The notes beneath the pieces were generated by a model that had not been told where the DNA came from, did not search any database, and saw nothing but the letters and a program-made list of their open reading frames with translations. The position numbers and the translations under genes were made by a program. DNA of 64,000 nt, taken from Octopus sinensis. Taxonomy: Eukaryota. Each line of letters opens with the position of its first letter. Position 1 is the stretch's first letter. This document shows, piece after piece, positions 35,089 to 49,872 of this stretch. The stretch covers positions 92,814,001 to 92,878,000 of the forward strand of contig NC_043001.1 in assembly GCF_006345805.1 (NCBI RefSeq), read 5' to 3'.

Positions 35089-38000
35089 GTACACACTAAG
35101 AAACATTAAAAAATTTTGACAAGCAAAACCCAGTTGATTTAACCGTATTCATTTTGAATGTCACACAAGTGGAATAATTTCGTTATAGTCAAAATGAAAT
35201 GTAATTTTTTTTTTAAATGAGAATGAACATACTTAAAGGGAATGATAGAAATAATTTACTGCTTTGAGTATTTGCTCAACTAAGCTGTATTGAACCCAAC
35301 TGAATAAAAAGTTTCTGCCATACTAGAGAATGTATTGTTGCAAGAGATGAAGAATGTGTAACTATAAGCTAAAAAATGGCTTGTGAACTACACCAGCTTG
35401 TGAACTGTGAACAACAATGACTCATAAAAGCTGTGGTTGCAATTAAGCTGCAATGGCTTCTTATAGTAATGTGCATCTGTTCATGTTTACAATGTTCATG
35501 AAACTTGTTGAAGTTGGTTAGTGTGTGCAAGGAGAGTGAAAGCGTGTGGACTGCATAAGGTGAAATAGCTGTGGTAATATGGATTGTGTAAGTTGAAAAA
35601 AAGCTATTGTTATAAGTGGCCTGCAGAGTTAATGGTTGCTGTAATGTAATTGGTGTTCAAAGCTATTCTTTATAACTGTAAAATATTCAAAAAGTATTCA
35701 AATGATGAATGACTTGTTTCACTGATAACATGGAGTCAGTGAAAAAACCAAAGCTGTTGAGTTATAGAAAAACAAAAAGTCTGTACAGAACATCTATTCT
35801 TTCTTTTATAATATTTTGTACTTTGCCTGGGTTAGTTCATTCTTTGTATAATCTTAGCTATTGTAGCAGCAATGGTAAAAAATATGATCAGTTGAAGACA
35901 TATGATTTGAATCAATGATGCAAAACACCAACAAACAGTTTAATTCAAAAGAAAGAGGCATGTCTATTTTTAATAACAACATAGGCAGCAATTTTCAAGA
36001 TCAACACATTACTAAATTGGCTGCTACTGCAGCTTCCTGCTAACAACCTGGTGCTTCAATTAAATAAACCACCAAATCAAATAAATGGGTGCTAAGAGTT
36101 TAGAGACATAACAAGCAAAGCACCATCACAATATTGTTCCACACTACTATGGAATGAATATTTCACAAATATGGACATTGGCATGAATTATTAAAAGATT
36201 ATTTAACAATAAGCACAAATACATACACTAACCAAGAAGTTGGTTGATTGAAGCAAGAACAAAATTTATTCTCTAGAGCAACAATTTAAACTTAGTCTTT
36301 GAAAATATCTAACTGCGTATTCTTCAGGTCAAGACCTCAGTAAAGTAAGTACAAACTGATATGCATAAAAAAATGCATGGGTGAAATATTTGCTTTGAAT
36401 TTCTAGTTATCCCACAGCAATAAGCAGCAAATTCTTCAACATTCCTCATTAGTAGTTGTTGCAATGTTAAACTCTATTTTAATCTCTGAAACGCTCTGAC
36501 CAAATAGAAAAAAAAATTAATAACACATCCCTATCTCTGCACCACTACAAAAATAAAGTATAAATTGTATGATCCACAGATAAAACTGAAAGTCAAAACA
36601 TTAAAATGATAGTAAAAATTAATTTTATATGTTTCTGTTCTTTACATTTTCAGCTCTCAGAAACTTTATGCATAAAATGAAATTTTTAAAAAATACATCA
36701 ATGAAACTAATACAAAACTTTCAAGAGACTTGTACCAAATGCAATTCAAAATAACTAAACTAGGGTTTATATACAAGCACATATGTACACATACACACAC
36801 ACACATCTGTTCATTAGCAGTTTGTGCACACACACACACTCACATGTATATAGGTTTATGTTTTCTTAAATAAACACAAATACAAACTGTATATACAAAG
36901 ATTTAAATCAATAATCTGCTAGAAATCCCATGATTCTGGGAAAATATTCAGGATTTTTTCTTTATTTTTACACTTTTCCCTTTTGCTAACTTCAAAATCA
37001 AGTTTACAGTTCAATTTTTACACCTTTCTATTTTTATCACACCATGAAACTTTTTAATTTAACATTTTCTGCTTTAATTAATTTATCTATTTGGTGGTAT
37101 TTCTTCCTCCACCTCATACATACTCACAAACATTGTCACACAAAAAATAAATAAAACAGATATTTAAAAAAGTACAAATCAATTAATCAATCAATCAATG
37201 ATTATATTGATATTTTTAAAGAGAGTTAATTGTGTCCGACTTATCAACTTTGTGTTACTTCTTGGACTTTTCTGTAGGTTATACCATGTTTGTTTTTTCA
37301 CTGAGGGCATGTGTTTTTGTTTTTTTTTTGTAATGTATTATTTTTAATTTCATTTTCCTCCTTTGCTTGAATTTTTTGAAAGCATGCTATCATCTCTTAA
37401 CAATTATTCATAGCAAGTATGATGCTGAATGTAAGGAAAGGAGCAAACAGGGAGAAGAAAAAGCAGACGTAAAAGTTACAATGTGTGAATGAGTGAAAGA
37501 GAGAGAGATAGAGAGAGAAGTTTATGAATGATGGAAAGAAAACGATAAGTTAAAAAAAAGAAGAGAGGCACAGAAAGGAAAAACGAGAGAATTTGAAAGT
37601 GAAGAGAAAGGTATGTGTGCTGGTCTTGAGTATGAGTGAGTATGTACATATTTGTGTAAGGGTAAAGAAACATAGTAAGAAAACAAAATAGAAAAAAAGG
37701 TAGAAAGTTAGAGAGAAGAGAACAGAGACACTTAGAGAGAGATAGGACAAAAACTGTGTAAAAGCACTAGAAAAGATAAGATATAACTAGAGATGAAGGA
37801 GAAAGAAATGTAGTAAAGAGGAACAGCCAATCAGAAATGTAGAAAAGAAGCAAGTGGAACAAAATTAGAAACCAATGTAAATCTTCACAAATCATAAATT
37901 GACCTCTCACAATATTTAATTACAACTGCAAAAACATAATCTATAACATTAATAACTGACAATAAACTAAATTATTGTAAATGTACACCATCAGAATATG

Positions 38001-39269
38001 CAACTACTTAGTTGTTGTCTACCACCATCCAAGCCCATCCAACACATCCATATCTCCAACTCTTGTTACAGTGTTTCACTCTTCTGGTCCTGCACTATGA
38101 CCACTGTTTGTTTTTTTTTATCCTTCTCTCTCAGAATGTCAACTCTTTTGAATTTCATATCTACCCACAACTTTCCTACAAGCATCAACATACAGGTGTC
38201 CAAGCTGAACATATACTTCAGCAATATTACCAACATTGGATGGATAACAAAAGTCATGGCTCAGGCCTTTTACCCTAACTAAACCATAAAACAGATGTCC
38301 TACTACAGAAGCTACAGTGACTTTATGTCAAAGGCCAACATAATCAGCTGTTCCCCACCCCCTAAAGTATTAGAGATGTACATGTGAATAGCATTTATTC
38401 AGCAGTTGATTATTTGATATTGAAATTTTGTTATTTTTTAGTGCTATGTCAGACATTATAAATTAGAACCATGAACAAATGCATACAAGCCATGACCATC
38501 CACACTTTTCATAGTTTTTCTCAAGCAATTATTATGAACTGAATATATTATTCAGTACAAGCTCTCTTTTATCTTATTTTGAGAGTAATGTAATTTCAGA
38601 GATTATGCTGCTATCTCTATTTCATTGAGGCTCCCTAAATGTGTATGCTTGTTCATGTTTTTTAGCCTATCATGTACACATTTTACGGGTGGTTTCAATC
38701 ATTATGTTTCTAATCTCAATAAATTTAGATTTACAATAATAACAAAAAAATAAACAGAACTGTTCTCTATATTAATATTGCAAATGATCTTGGAACAATC
38801 ATGAACAATACAATATTGATTAGTGCATATTTGTGTTTAGAAAGTATAGCATGAGGTACAACTTGTCATAAGAACCTACAAGATAAACAACTGCAACAAA
38901 TAGCTCTAACAAAATGAAATCAATGTGAAAAGTATTTATTGTAATTCTTATTGTGTGAACATTGAAGTGAACATACACCATTAATGTCTTGAAATTTTGT
39001 TAGAAAGTATATAGACAACACCTGAAAATGCAATTTGCAACTTTCATCCTACTCAAATTCTTTGCATATTAAGGCCTTAACCAAATACATATAATTTTGC
39101 AAATATACATGCATGCACATATTTACAGCCACATTATTTCGTGTACACAGTGACATGAATTAATGTTGATCCATCAGCTAGCACTTGATTTAGCTACCTT
39201 GCAAAGGTAAGCTCTATGGGTATCTGATGTAAACAAGAGTACATTGACAAGGGAGTAAACCCCATCATC

Positions 39270-39760
39270 TCAAAATTTCTGGAAATACACACACACTCAA
39301 ACACAATCCCCAGGCCCAGACTGCACAACAAGAATTTCAGCTTTTATTGGCAAGATCTCATATAGATGTATGGAGAAAGAACCAAGGTTACACAAGAACT
39401 ATCACAATGGTTATGAACTGCAACTACTCTCCTCATGCCCAAAAAATAGCCAAACCATCCTGGTTTAAAATTACTGCCCATTAGCCTGCCAGATCATCAT
39501 GTACAAATCATACATTGGGTACCACAATCTGTTCTTGCAAGATCATTGTGCCATCCACCAAAAATATAACACCTGAGCAAGCTGGAGGAAAGAAGGATGT
39601 GTGGTGTTGTACACAGCAACTACTAATTAACAAAATGATCCAAGAAAAAAAAAATATTGCAATTGGGTTCTAAAGGAGAGAATGCAAATCTTTAATTCAA
39701 ACACTACAAATGATCACAACAGCTCGGACTATAAAAATCAGCAAGACCTTCTTAAGATTT
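39270..39760 (+). mobile_element. R4/Dong-type RT relic
   Basis: Decayed motifs PGPD, QWL.TATTLLMPK, a YRPI-like block and QLLINKMI in the expected order. Confidence 0.55.
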
Positions 39761-40004
39761 AAAGGATGGTGAACAAAACAAGATGCTTTCATTCACAATC
39801 TTGCTACCAAGTAGGTGGTCACTCAAAATTTATTCTGAAGTAAAAAGAGGAAGAAAACATATACATACATATACATATATACATACACATGCACACATAC
39901 ATGCACATACACACACACACGGGACATTCTTGCAAACACTGCTATGCCCAGTATTGGAAAAAAATCATTATTTTGAATCAAATGCACTGAATAGATCACT
40001 TAAT

Positions 40005-40115
40005 TAGAATGGCAGATACAAAGATACCTAAGCAATTACTTTATGGTGAACAAACACTAAATAAGTGCCCACAGCATAAACCTTGGAAGAGACATAAAGA
40101 TGTGATAAAGGCAAA
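40005..40115 (+). mobile_element. RTE-BovB-like C-terminal fragment
   Basis: RMADTKIPKQLLYGEQ...KPWKRHKDVIK. Confidence 0.6.
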
Positions 40116-40126
40116 CAAATACACAC

Positions 40127-41090
40127 ACATAAATTGGGCTGGCCAAAATATCCATTTGACTTTTTGTCAATGCTAAACTTCAGCCTATCCCTTGCACATG
40201 CACACTTCTTAGATACTTGACACTTCAATTTAGTTTGATACAAACATGCAGTGAGACTGGTTGTATTTTGTGTGCTTAGGATCACCCTGAAAATGGACAA
40301 CCAAGACACATGTTGTCAACACTTCATGCTTTTCCACTAAAAAAAGAAAAAAATGGTAGGAACCAGCAGAAAGATATGCACTGTGTACAGAGATGTTGTT
40401 ATGGACTGTGTGTGCCAGAAGTAGCTTTCAAGATTTTGAATGGCAAATTTTTCAGTTCAAGATGCAACAAAATGAAGGGGTTAATCAACATGAACTCCTG
40501 TTGGATGATTTCAGATATTCTCCAAATATCCAAATTGAGTGTTGAAAACCATCTGGATCAACTTGACATTTTTACTAGCAATAAATGTAGTGTGATAAAC
40601 CCCTTCAAAAGTGAAATAAACATAGTAAGTAAGCATGTTCTTGATACTATCAACTCAAACATTAGAAGTGCTACAGGGCTGATCCAATGAGATTATAGCA
40701 CCACAGAAATTGACTAGTGTTGCAACATCCAACATCAAGAATAAAGTGGCATGCAGGTTCAGCCAGTTTGATATCATGAATACCCTTCAATATCAAAATC
40801 CCTCTTTCTGAAGGCTTTAAATTTTGGCAGGCAATTCATCAGTATCAGTGACATTGCTATTAGAATCATGAATGCTGGAAAGTCAATATTGGTTCAAGAT
40901 TATTCCAGTTGAGTTAAGAAGAAATGTAACCCACTGTTCATCATATCTATTGGAGAACTATGACAGGGCTGAGATCTCAGACCTCATTAGGCTATTTATC
41001 CAGGATACTCTATGAAAGTGCAATAACTCATATAACTCGACCCTATGTAGGAACAATGGCCTGATAATCTCAAGTTATATGAATGACCAT
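40127..41090 (+). mobile_element. mariner transposon relic
   Basis: TIR-like ATTGGGCTGGCCAAAAT start; N-terminal HFMLF...KNG...RKIC.VY...CQK.(W)..RF..NFSVQDA pattern across frames. Confidence 0.65.
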
Positions 41091-41104
41091 GCTATGAACA
41101 AGTA

Positions 41105-41800
41105 CACGAAGGTTGACTTCCTAGATGTAACCCTACTCCTGAAGATAGGCAAAGAGTAGCCTTATAGGAAGCCCAACAAAAAAATTGTGTATATCCACAA
41201 TTCAAGCACACCCTAGCTACAATCAGAAACCCAGTCACAGGCATAAGTAGAAATATTTGTAAACTATCAGCAGATAGAAAGATTTTGAAACAGGCCTCCT
41301 CACTCACCCCACCACTATAACAAGGCATTAATAAGGAATTAATTCACTGATAAGTTAGTATTATGGAGGAACCCCCTACCTCCACACCTGAACCTTAAGA
41401 GAATCAAATAGAGAAAGAGAGATAATCTGATTTAATACACCATTTAAGCTAAGAGTCTCAACTAACATATCTAGGAAATTCCAGATGCAATCGATACCAT
41501 TACCAGACACTACTTTCAAATGCCATTGAAGGGCATTATTAGACATTTCATAAGCATGAGAGCCAATGACATCAAGGAAAGATATACACAGCATACGCAC
41601 TCCTTCCGGTGCAAGGATAGAGAAAACTCTACCTCTCTGTCTTGTTTTATCTGGAGACTCTGTGACCACCAACATCAAACAGAGTATTGTTGATAAGGCC
41701 CTTCCATACTCATCTTGAACTTGCATTTGCCAGCCCTGCCTTCACAAGAAACTATACATACTCCACCATCCTGCAGTATTCATCAAAAGGAAGAATGAAC
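41105..41800 (+). mobile_element. Penelope-like RT C-terminal/linker relic, same type as 1-650
   Basis: VDFLDVTL...PYRKPN...GISRNICKLS...II(W)FN(P)PF...VSTNISRKF. Confidence 0.7.
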
Positions 41801-42453
41801 TATCTTATTGTTGCCACAAGAGGTACACCCTGTTAATGAACTTCAAGCCACTGGCAGCCAACAGTCTGTTTCCCATTTTACTTATGTCTGCTCCTTATTC
41901 CAGATACACCAGCAATCCAACCTCAAAATCAAAATACTACCACCTAGTAACAACTTCAAGAACATCAACATTAATACATTTTATAATAAAAGAAATACAA
42001 GGCATTAAATTTCAAACAAATCTGATGTACAAAAGTGCCATTAATTATAACTACAATATAAAATGTGAAAAGCAAATGTACAATCGAATATTAAATTTAC
42101 TTTCCAATTTAAAAACATATATTTCTACATTTTCCCATGTTTTGAGAAAAGATATTCGACCCTGATTTCTTCACACAAAAGACCTTCCACTTAAAGTCTT
42201 TTCAATAGTAAATAACGATTTCTTTCAAAATGCTGCATCTGCTAATGCTGTTATTATATAACTCAGCAACAATGAACTTTCATATTAAATATGATCATCA
42301 AACTCACTATCAGTTAAAAACAGACAACTCTCAATGCACTAATATGCAATATATATCATAGATACATATATATATATGTATATATATAAATAAATGCATA
42401 TATATGTATATACACATATACATATATCCCTATATGTATGCATATATGCATAC

Positions 42454-42501
<48 letters not shown>

Positions 42502-43039
42502 GCATATATTTGTATGTATATATTCATACATATGTATATGCATACATATGTATATATATAAATGCATATATTTGTATGTATATATTCATACATATGTATA
42601 TATGTATATGCATATGTATGTGTATATATGCATACATATGTATAGCCCTTCCTGTTTGCTTTCACTGTCCTGTTTTTGTCACCAATTTTGACCCTCTGCA
42701 AAATCCCAAATTTTATTTAATTTGATTTGTGGGAGCAACTGTTTTATCGAAGGCGTATCTTTCTTTCATTCAAAATGTTCTCTATCATGATTTCTTATTC
42801 ATGTTAGTAATGATTTCTCAAGTAGCTGCAAGGTCACAAATGTTTGGGTAATGGATGTAACCAAGTAAATTGATTTTGGTAGTTAACCAAGTACATGTTT
42901 GATCAAAACCATAAGAATGAATCTGAACTTACAATGTAAAAGAACATAATTATATAGTGCATGACATTTTGTCCACCACTCTACCAATCCTAACATGTAA
43001 TACCTTACACTCAAATTAGAAATAATAAGAAATATTTAT

Positions 43040-43345
43040 ATAGGTGCAGACATAGCTGTGTGATAAGAAGTTTGCTTCCCAACTACATGGTTCTGGGTTC
43101 AGTCCCACTGCATGGCACTTTGAGTAAGTGCCATGACCAAAGCCTTGTAAGTGGATTTAGCAGAAATTGAAAGAAGCCCATAATACATGTGTGTATGTGT
43201 GTGTGCATATGTGTTTGTCCCCCACCACTGCTTGACAACTGGTGTTGGTGTGTTTATGTCTGTGTAAGTCAGCAGTTCAGTAAAAGAGACCAATAGAATA
43301 TGTACCAGACTTAAAGAAATAAGTAATTGGGGTTGATTTGTTCAA
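43040..43345 (+). mobile_element. SINE family A copy (3'-truncated)
   Basis: aggtgcagacatagctgtgtgataagaagtttgcttccc...gggttcagtcccactgc...ggggttgattt. Confidence 0.85.
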
Positions 43346-44394
43346 AGCAGTTGGGCTCATTTACTGAAGATAAACTATATGTAGATAAAATATATGAAGA
43401 TAAAAGTCTTCATCAATGCTTCAATGGTTCAATACTAACTATATTAACCAGTACCTAAAGATATTTCTTTATACATTTGTAATGTATAAAGGAATTTTCT
43501 TCACTATCATAAATTCATGTTTTATTTGAGAAAACAATAACCAGTATCATACGTTAATGTAGAGGGAATAGGAGAGAAGATTAAAAAGAAGTGAGTTTTT
43601 GAAGAGATAAACTTTCAACCCAAACTACAGTAAATTTTATAGCATATCTTTTACAATTAACAAGTGGAATACAAACAAATTAAATATTACATTTATAATA
43701 GCTCCCAGATCATATCAATAATTCATCAAAAGTTATTTAAAATTCATCAACTGAAGAATAACTGCAACCAACATCACATCTAAAGGGAGCAGAAGTTAAA
43801 ATGGCAGACAAGGACTATATTACTAACATCAATAATTCAAATAAATAATAAACATTGCCCAAGATAAGCTTGACTTTTAAAAAGAAAGGAAAAAAGAATT
43901 CATAAAGTAGGAGTAATTGAAATATAAAAAAGCAAAATAGAATTTAAAAAAATAACTAGATGAAAGATATAGATTGAACAAAAACCATGAATTTACAACA
44001 GTAAAGAAAATTCATTTATACATTACAAATGTATTAGGAATTATCTTTGAATACTGGTCAATATGGTTACTATAATATGCTTGATATTGACAGTGAGCTA
44101 TATAACCTTTTGTACCATTGGGACACTGATGAAGACTTTCATCTTCATATCCTTTATCTTTAGCAAATGAGCACAGCAGAGCCTATAAATATTCAAATGA
44201 TGAGATTTCGAATTCAGCAATGCAAACTAACAATATTCTGTTCAATAGCACTTCTGAGACTTACATGGGTTAGACAGTATTTAGTTTGGTGTCCTTCTAC
44301 AAATGGATGAGCTGTGAATTAGGTAGAATTGCCTCAAACAAATTGGATGATGAATATCAACCATTTTCTCAATTCTTTTATTCATATGCACTTT

Positions 44395-44760
44395 TCTATT
44401 CTTTTACTTGATTCAGTCATTTTGACTGCAACCATGCTGGAACACCACCTTTAGTCGAACATATCAACCCCAGGACTTATTCTTTCTAAGCCTAGTACTT
44501 ATTCTATCGGTCTCTGTTACCAAACTGCTAAGTAACAGGAACATAAACACAGACACACAAACATATACATACACACACACACACGCACATATACATACAC
44601 ACGATGGGCTTCTTTCAGTTTCCGTCTGCTGAATCCACTCACAAGGCTTTGGTTGGCCTGAGGCTATAATAGAAGATACTTGCCCAAGGTGCCATGCAGT
44701 GGGACTGAACCCAGAACCATGTGGTTGGGAAGCAAGCTTCTTACTACACAGCAACTCCTG
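44395..44760 (-). mobile_element. SINE family A copy, complete
   Basis: Reverse complement of the 13340-13720 consensus pattern. Confidence 0.88.
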
Positions 44761-47214
44761 CACTTATATATTTAATATATGTTGCAAAGCTTTGACCTTT
44801 TAAATATTAAATTTGTAAAAATATAGATTATATATATTATATATATTTAGTTTGGCTAAATGACACAAACTAAGATGAGTTAATCTTATTACAAATCAAA
44901 AGGGTCTTTCACACAACAAATTATAAGCATTGGATACTAGTAATTGGCTGCAACAAGTATTCTGATGTTCTTAGTAATATTACTTAGTTCTCAAAAGAAA
45001 TGCGAGTTGTATCTTTCAATCACTTATAACTAAAATATTCTCATCAGTTTACGGCTATTTGTTGACTACTCTTTGTATGAAAATTCCAAATTATAAATAC
45101 AGCAGAAAGAATTAGAAGAGTAATCACACTTCAGACACTTTATAATAAACAAACATATGCAAGGAACACTAAGTGAATCCTATTCTTTTCCTCTCTGAAT
45201 GAATTTATGATATTGCTTATAGTAGTAAAAATTTCTGCCCCAGCATGTCAAATTAAGAAATGAGTAAATAATCCAAGCAGGATCCTCTAGCCATAAGTAA
45301 ATGTGAGGCATATCTCTTCCCATGTACAAAAACAAATTAACCAAATTATGAAGAAGGGTACAAAGAATTATTTATCATACACAATATACAATGCCTACAA
45401 GTAAATATGAGCAATTCACAAGCAATGCAACTTAACTGCTTGGCCATTTTCCTCTACCTTACTAAGACTTACATAAAGATTAAATGACAATATTAAAAAA
45501 GAAAAACAAAATAATCGCCAAAACAGCTACTTAAGTTCAATTATACAGGTGTTAGATAGTAAAGATTCTTAAAAATTTTCAGGTACGAATGAATACTGAC
45601 TCTTACATTACATTCATATAAATCAATAAGTAAAGGAATATATGAAAATGCAATGTTGAAATGTAGGAGATGTAAACATGTATAAATGTGTGTATGCACA
45701 ATATATCTTAGAAAGTGATGTAGACAAAATTAATAGCACTAGCAACCTTTAACCAATTTCTTTTATAAGACAATAGGCCAATTATATGTTGGTTGTAGTG
45801 ATTTGCCAGCATTAAATTCTTCAATAAAATCATAGCAATCCAGTATGAAGAAATCCTCTGCCACAACCATCTATTCCTACTAGGATAATTAGATTCCACT
45901 TCTACTACTATCAAATAATATCACAGTATCACAAATCAATGAGAACCTCTACAAGGTCAGGTCACCTGCAGTAAATAATAATCAAATCTTCTTCACATCA
46001 CACCCTAATCTTTAAAAAGAAAGGACACAATGAACTGTATTCCTAGTTATACAAAAAGATCAACAAATAACAGCAAAAAACTGCATTTTACTCCCTTAAA
46101 TGTGTTGTGAAAATATACAGTATATATCTTTTCAGGTTATGTATAGGTATTCCTTAAAATACTTTTTATAAATCTAGCTTGGTGTTCAAGCTATCACTGC
46201 TATCTCCACTATACTAAAGGCAAACTATTGATTTAAACACTATGCCACAGATATATAAGAATGGGGAAATTTGTCATTTATTCCTTTCCTAAGTATATTA
46301 GTATTATAAGAGTTCAACTGGACATTAAAAACTATATTTTGAAACTCAGCTTGCCTATCACTTATTGTACAGTTCTCACTACTGAGCTTATCACTTATTA
46401 TACAGATCTCACTACTGATGAAAAATTACATTAAAAGCAGTTAGATGTCGAAAGGAGCTAGTTTTATCATCATTGTGCATAGAAGAAATGAAAACAATAA
46501 TCACTCACAAAGACAGCTAAGATAATAACAAAAGTACTTTGATACAAATTGCTGTGAATAGAGATTTGGGAGAAAAATCTATCAAAGTAAATTAGTAAAC
46601 AAACAGACTAAAGTTCTCAACAAGTACTTGTGAATAAGAGTGATGCAATGAATATCATTCTTTTTTAATCAAGTTCAAACAGCAGCATGAATGATTTAAA
46701 GTTAGTTTCTTAACACAGTGTATGAATTAAACAACTTAGCAACCAACGATTGATGTAATGAGAAAATGGACAAAATGATAAATAGTTGAAAGCATATGAA
46801 CTAAGGATAGAAGTTTTTATTAAGAGTAAACTGTTTTAATATCCTTGGTATATAGGTGTGTGTGTGTGTGCTTTCATCTTCACAACAAAATATTTCATTC
46901 ATATTAAACACACATGCATGCATATATGTATTTTATATGTAAATATATACAGGGTGTTCAGGCTACACTTGATGATCTTTCATGTTTCCGTTTTTTCAGA
47001 AAAAGCTTGATGTATTAGTGAACAGTCAAGTCTCTCTTTCTCTCTCTCTCTCTGTATATATATATATAATATATATATATATGTATGTATGTATATGTAT
47101 ATATTTATATATGAATATGTATATATCTATATATATATATATAATAATATATATATATATACATATATATATATGTATGTATTCATATATAAATGCATAT
47201 GTACGTGCGTATTC

Positions 47215-47420
47215 TTTTATTCTTTTACTTGTTTCAGTAATCTGAATGTGGCCATGCTGGAGCACTGCCTTTAGTTGAGCAAATAGACCCCAGGACTTAT
47301 TCTTTGTAAGCCTAGTACTTATTCTATCTGCTTCTTTTGCCGAACCACTAAGTTACGGGGATGTAAACACACCAGCATCAGTTGTCAAGCAATGTTGGGG
47401 GGACAAACAGACACACACAC
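47215..47420 (-). mobile_element. SINE family A 3' half
   Basis: ttttacttgtttcag...ccatgctggagcac...gttgtcaagcaatgttggggggacaaac, followed by a long microsatellite. Confidence 0.85.
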
Positions 47421-47436
47421 ACATATATATGACAGG

Positions 47437-47483
<47 letters not shown>

Positions 47484-47501
47484 CTCACTTTGATATTTAT
47501 C

Positions 47502-47559
<58 letters not shown>

Positions 47560-47831
47560 CATATATATATGTGTATGTGTGTGTGCTTGCATACATACAT
47601 ACATATATATATAGATGTGTGTGTATGTATCTGTGCCTGTGTCTGCATATACATGTGTATATATATACATAGATATATGAATATATATCATATATACATA
47701 TAAGTATATATATGTGTACATTGTATATATATACATATTTATACATAGATGTGCATTACTCCATATATACAAACATATAATATACATATATACATACATA
47801 TATATACATATATATATATACATAGATATAC

Positions 47832-48022
47832 ATCATCATCATTTAGCGTCCGTTTTCCATGCTAGCATGGGTTGGACGGTTTAACTGGGGTCTGTGAAGC
47901 CGGAAGGCTTCATCAGGCCCAGTCAGATTTGGCAGTGTTTCTACGGCTGGATGCCCTTCCTAACGCCAACCACTCTGCGAGTGTAGTGGGTGTTTTTTAA
48001 GTGCCACCTGCACAGGTGCCAG
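47832..48022 (-). mobile_element. Young RTE 3'-tail fragment with (GAT)n end
   Basis: catcatcatcatttagcgtccgttttccatgctagcatgggttggacgg...ggatgcccttcctaacgccaacc; related to the 3' UTR at 49640-49872. Confidence 0.75.
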
Positions 48023-48157
48023 ATACATATATATATACATATATATACACATACATATATAATATATATATATATATACATATACACACACACATATATA
48101 TATACATATATACAAACATACATATACATATATACACAAACACACATTTACATATAT

Positions 48158-48189
<32 letters not shown>

Positions 48190-48391
48190 AATTCATATAT
48201 ATATATATAAATTCATATATATATATATACATATATATACATATACACATATATATATACAGACGCATATATTAATACACACACTCACACACAGATAGTT
48301 AATAGTGAGGTGTTATCAAAATACTTCATAAGCTTTGTGTTGGAACATCAGGTTAATAATATTGTTTAGACTAGTGAAGAACTCCAAGTAT

Positions 48392-49872
48392 AGCATAGGA
48401 AGAGAATTAGCATAGGAAGAGAATTAGCATAGGAAGAGAATTAGCATAGGAAGAAAATCAGCATAGATGTGATGCAGTTTGGATTTGTACCAGAGAGAAG
48501 CACCACTAATGCTATCTTCCTGGTGAGGCAACTGCTGGAGAAGACCTGGCCAAAAATAAACCTGTTTTGACTTTTGCTGACATGAAGAATGCCTTTGACA
48601 GGGTCCTCCACTCTCTTATCTGGTGGGTAATGAAGAAGCTAAGGATAGGTAAGAGCTGTACAAGCCATGTACAGGGATGCTGTTAGTAAGGTAGGAGTTG
48701 TCAATGAGTATAGCAAGGAGTTTAGTGTACAAGTAGGAGTCCACCAGGACTCAGTTTTTTGTCCCATCTTATTTAGCATGATCCTCCAAGCTGTAACTGA
48801 GGAATTTAAAATTGGCTGCCATTGGGCACACCTCTATGCCAATGACCTTGTTCTTATTGCTGAATCACTACCAGATATGGAAGCAAGGTCTGGAATCAAA
48901 GGGCTAAGGCCCTTTGATTTAATTTAGCAAAGATCAAAGTATTGATAAGTAGGAAAACAAACAAATTGCAGATTCCTTCAGGGAGATGGCCCTGCTCAAT
49001 ATGTAGAAAAGGTGTTGGGAGAAACTCCATAATGTGTACCCTATGAAAACTATGGACACACAAGAAGTGCAGCAGTATCACTGAATGACTAACAGAAAAA
49101 ATAGTTTTTATATGTAGCAGATGTGTAGGTACATTAAACACCAGGAAGGTAGAAAAAATAGGCTCTCTCATATATCAGCAGGGGTCTTTAGAAGTAGTAG
49201 ACAATTTCCATTACTTAGGTGACCAAGTTAGTAGTGTGGGTGGTTGTTCCGAAAGCATAGCTGCTAGAATAAGAATAGGCTGGGTGAAGTTCAGAGACCT
49301 ACTACCTCTGTTAGTAATGAAAAGTGAAAGTGATTTGAGAGAAAAACTGGGTTATGTAGCATCAGATTTAGTGCACAAGAGAGAAGACTGTGCTGGTATG
49401 GCTATGTAATGAATAGGAATGAAGACATGCATCAAGAGGTGCCAATCTATAATTGCAGAGGAAACATGTGGAAGGGGTAAATCCAGGAAGACGGGGAACA
49501 AAGTGGTGAGAAAGGATCTACAGAAGCTGGGACTCACAAATGGGATGACAGGGAACCGAGTTGCCTGGCAGTTTGCTGTACTTGGAAAGACATGTCAAGC
49601 TAAAACATGGTTACCCTTGAATACAGACTCATCCCCTGCAACCCTCTCCAACTGAGCATCTCTAATCTTGTGGGCTCATAGGTGCTGCTGCCACACAAAA
49701 AGCACCCATGGCAGTGCTGCATAAAAGCACCCAGTACACTTTGTAAAGTGGTTAGCATTAGGAAGGGCATCCCGCTGTAGAAACAATGCCAAAACAGGCA
49801 TGGAGCCTGAACAGCCTTTCGGCAGGTCAGCTCCTGCCAGCATGGAAAGCAAATGCTAAATGATGATGATGA
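48392..49872 (+). mobile_element. 5'-truncated RTE LINE with internal deletion and (TGA)n tail; same family as 6943-8225
   Basis: QFGFVPERSTTNAIFLVRQL, AFDRV, QVGVHQDSV, LYANDLVLIAESL, GRGKSRKT; ends GCAAATGCTAAATGATGATGATGAT. Confidence 0.88.

Noticed and set aside
45708-45970. Acceptor-like TTTACTGCAG plus a 68-aa ORF
   Set aside because: Stops occur in all three frames right after the acceptor; no Ig motif.
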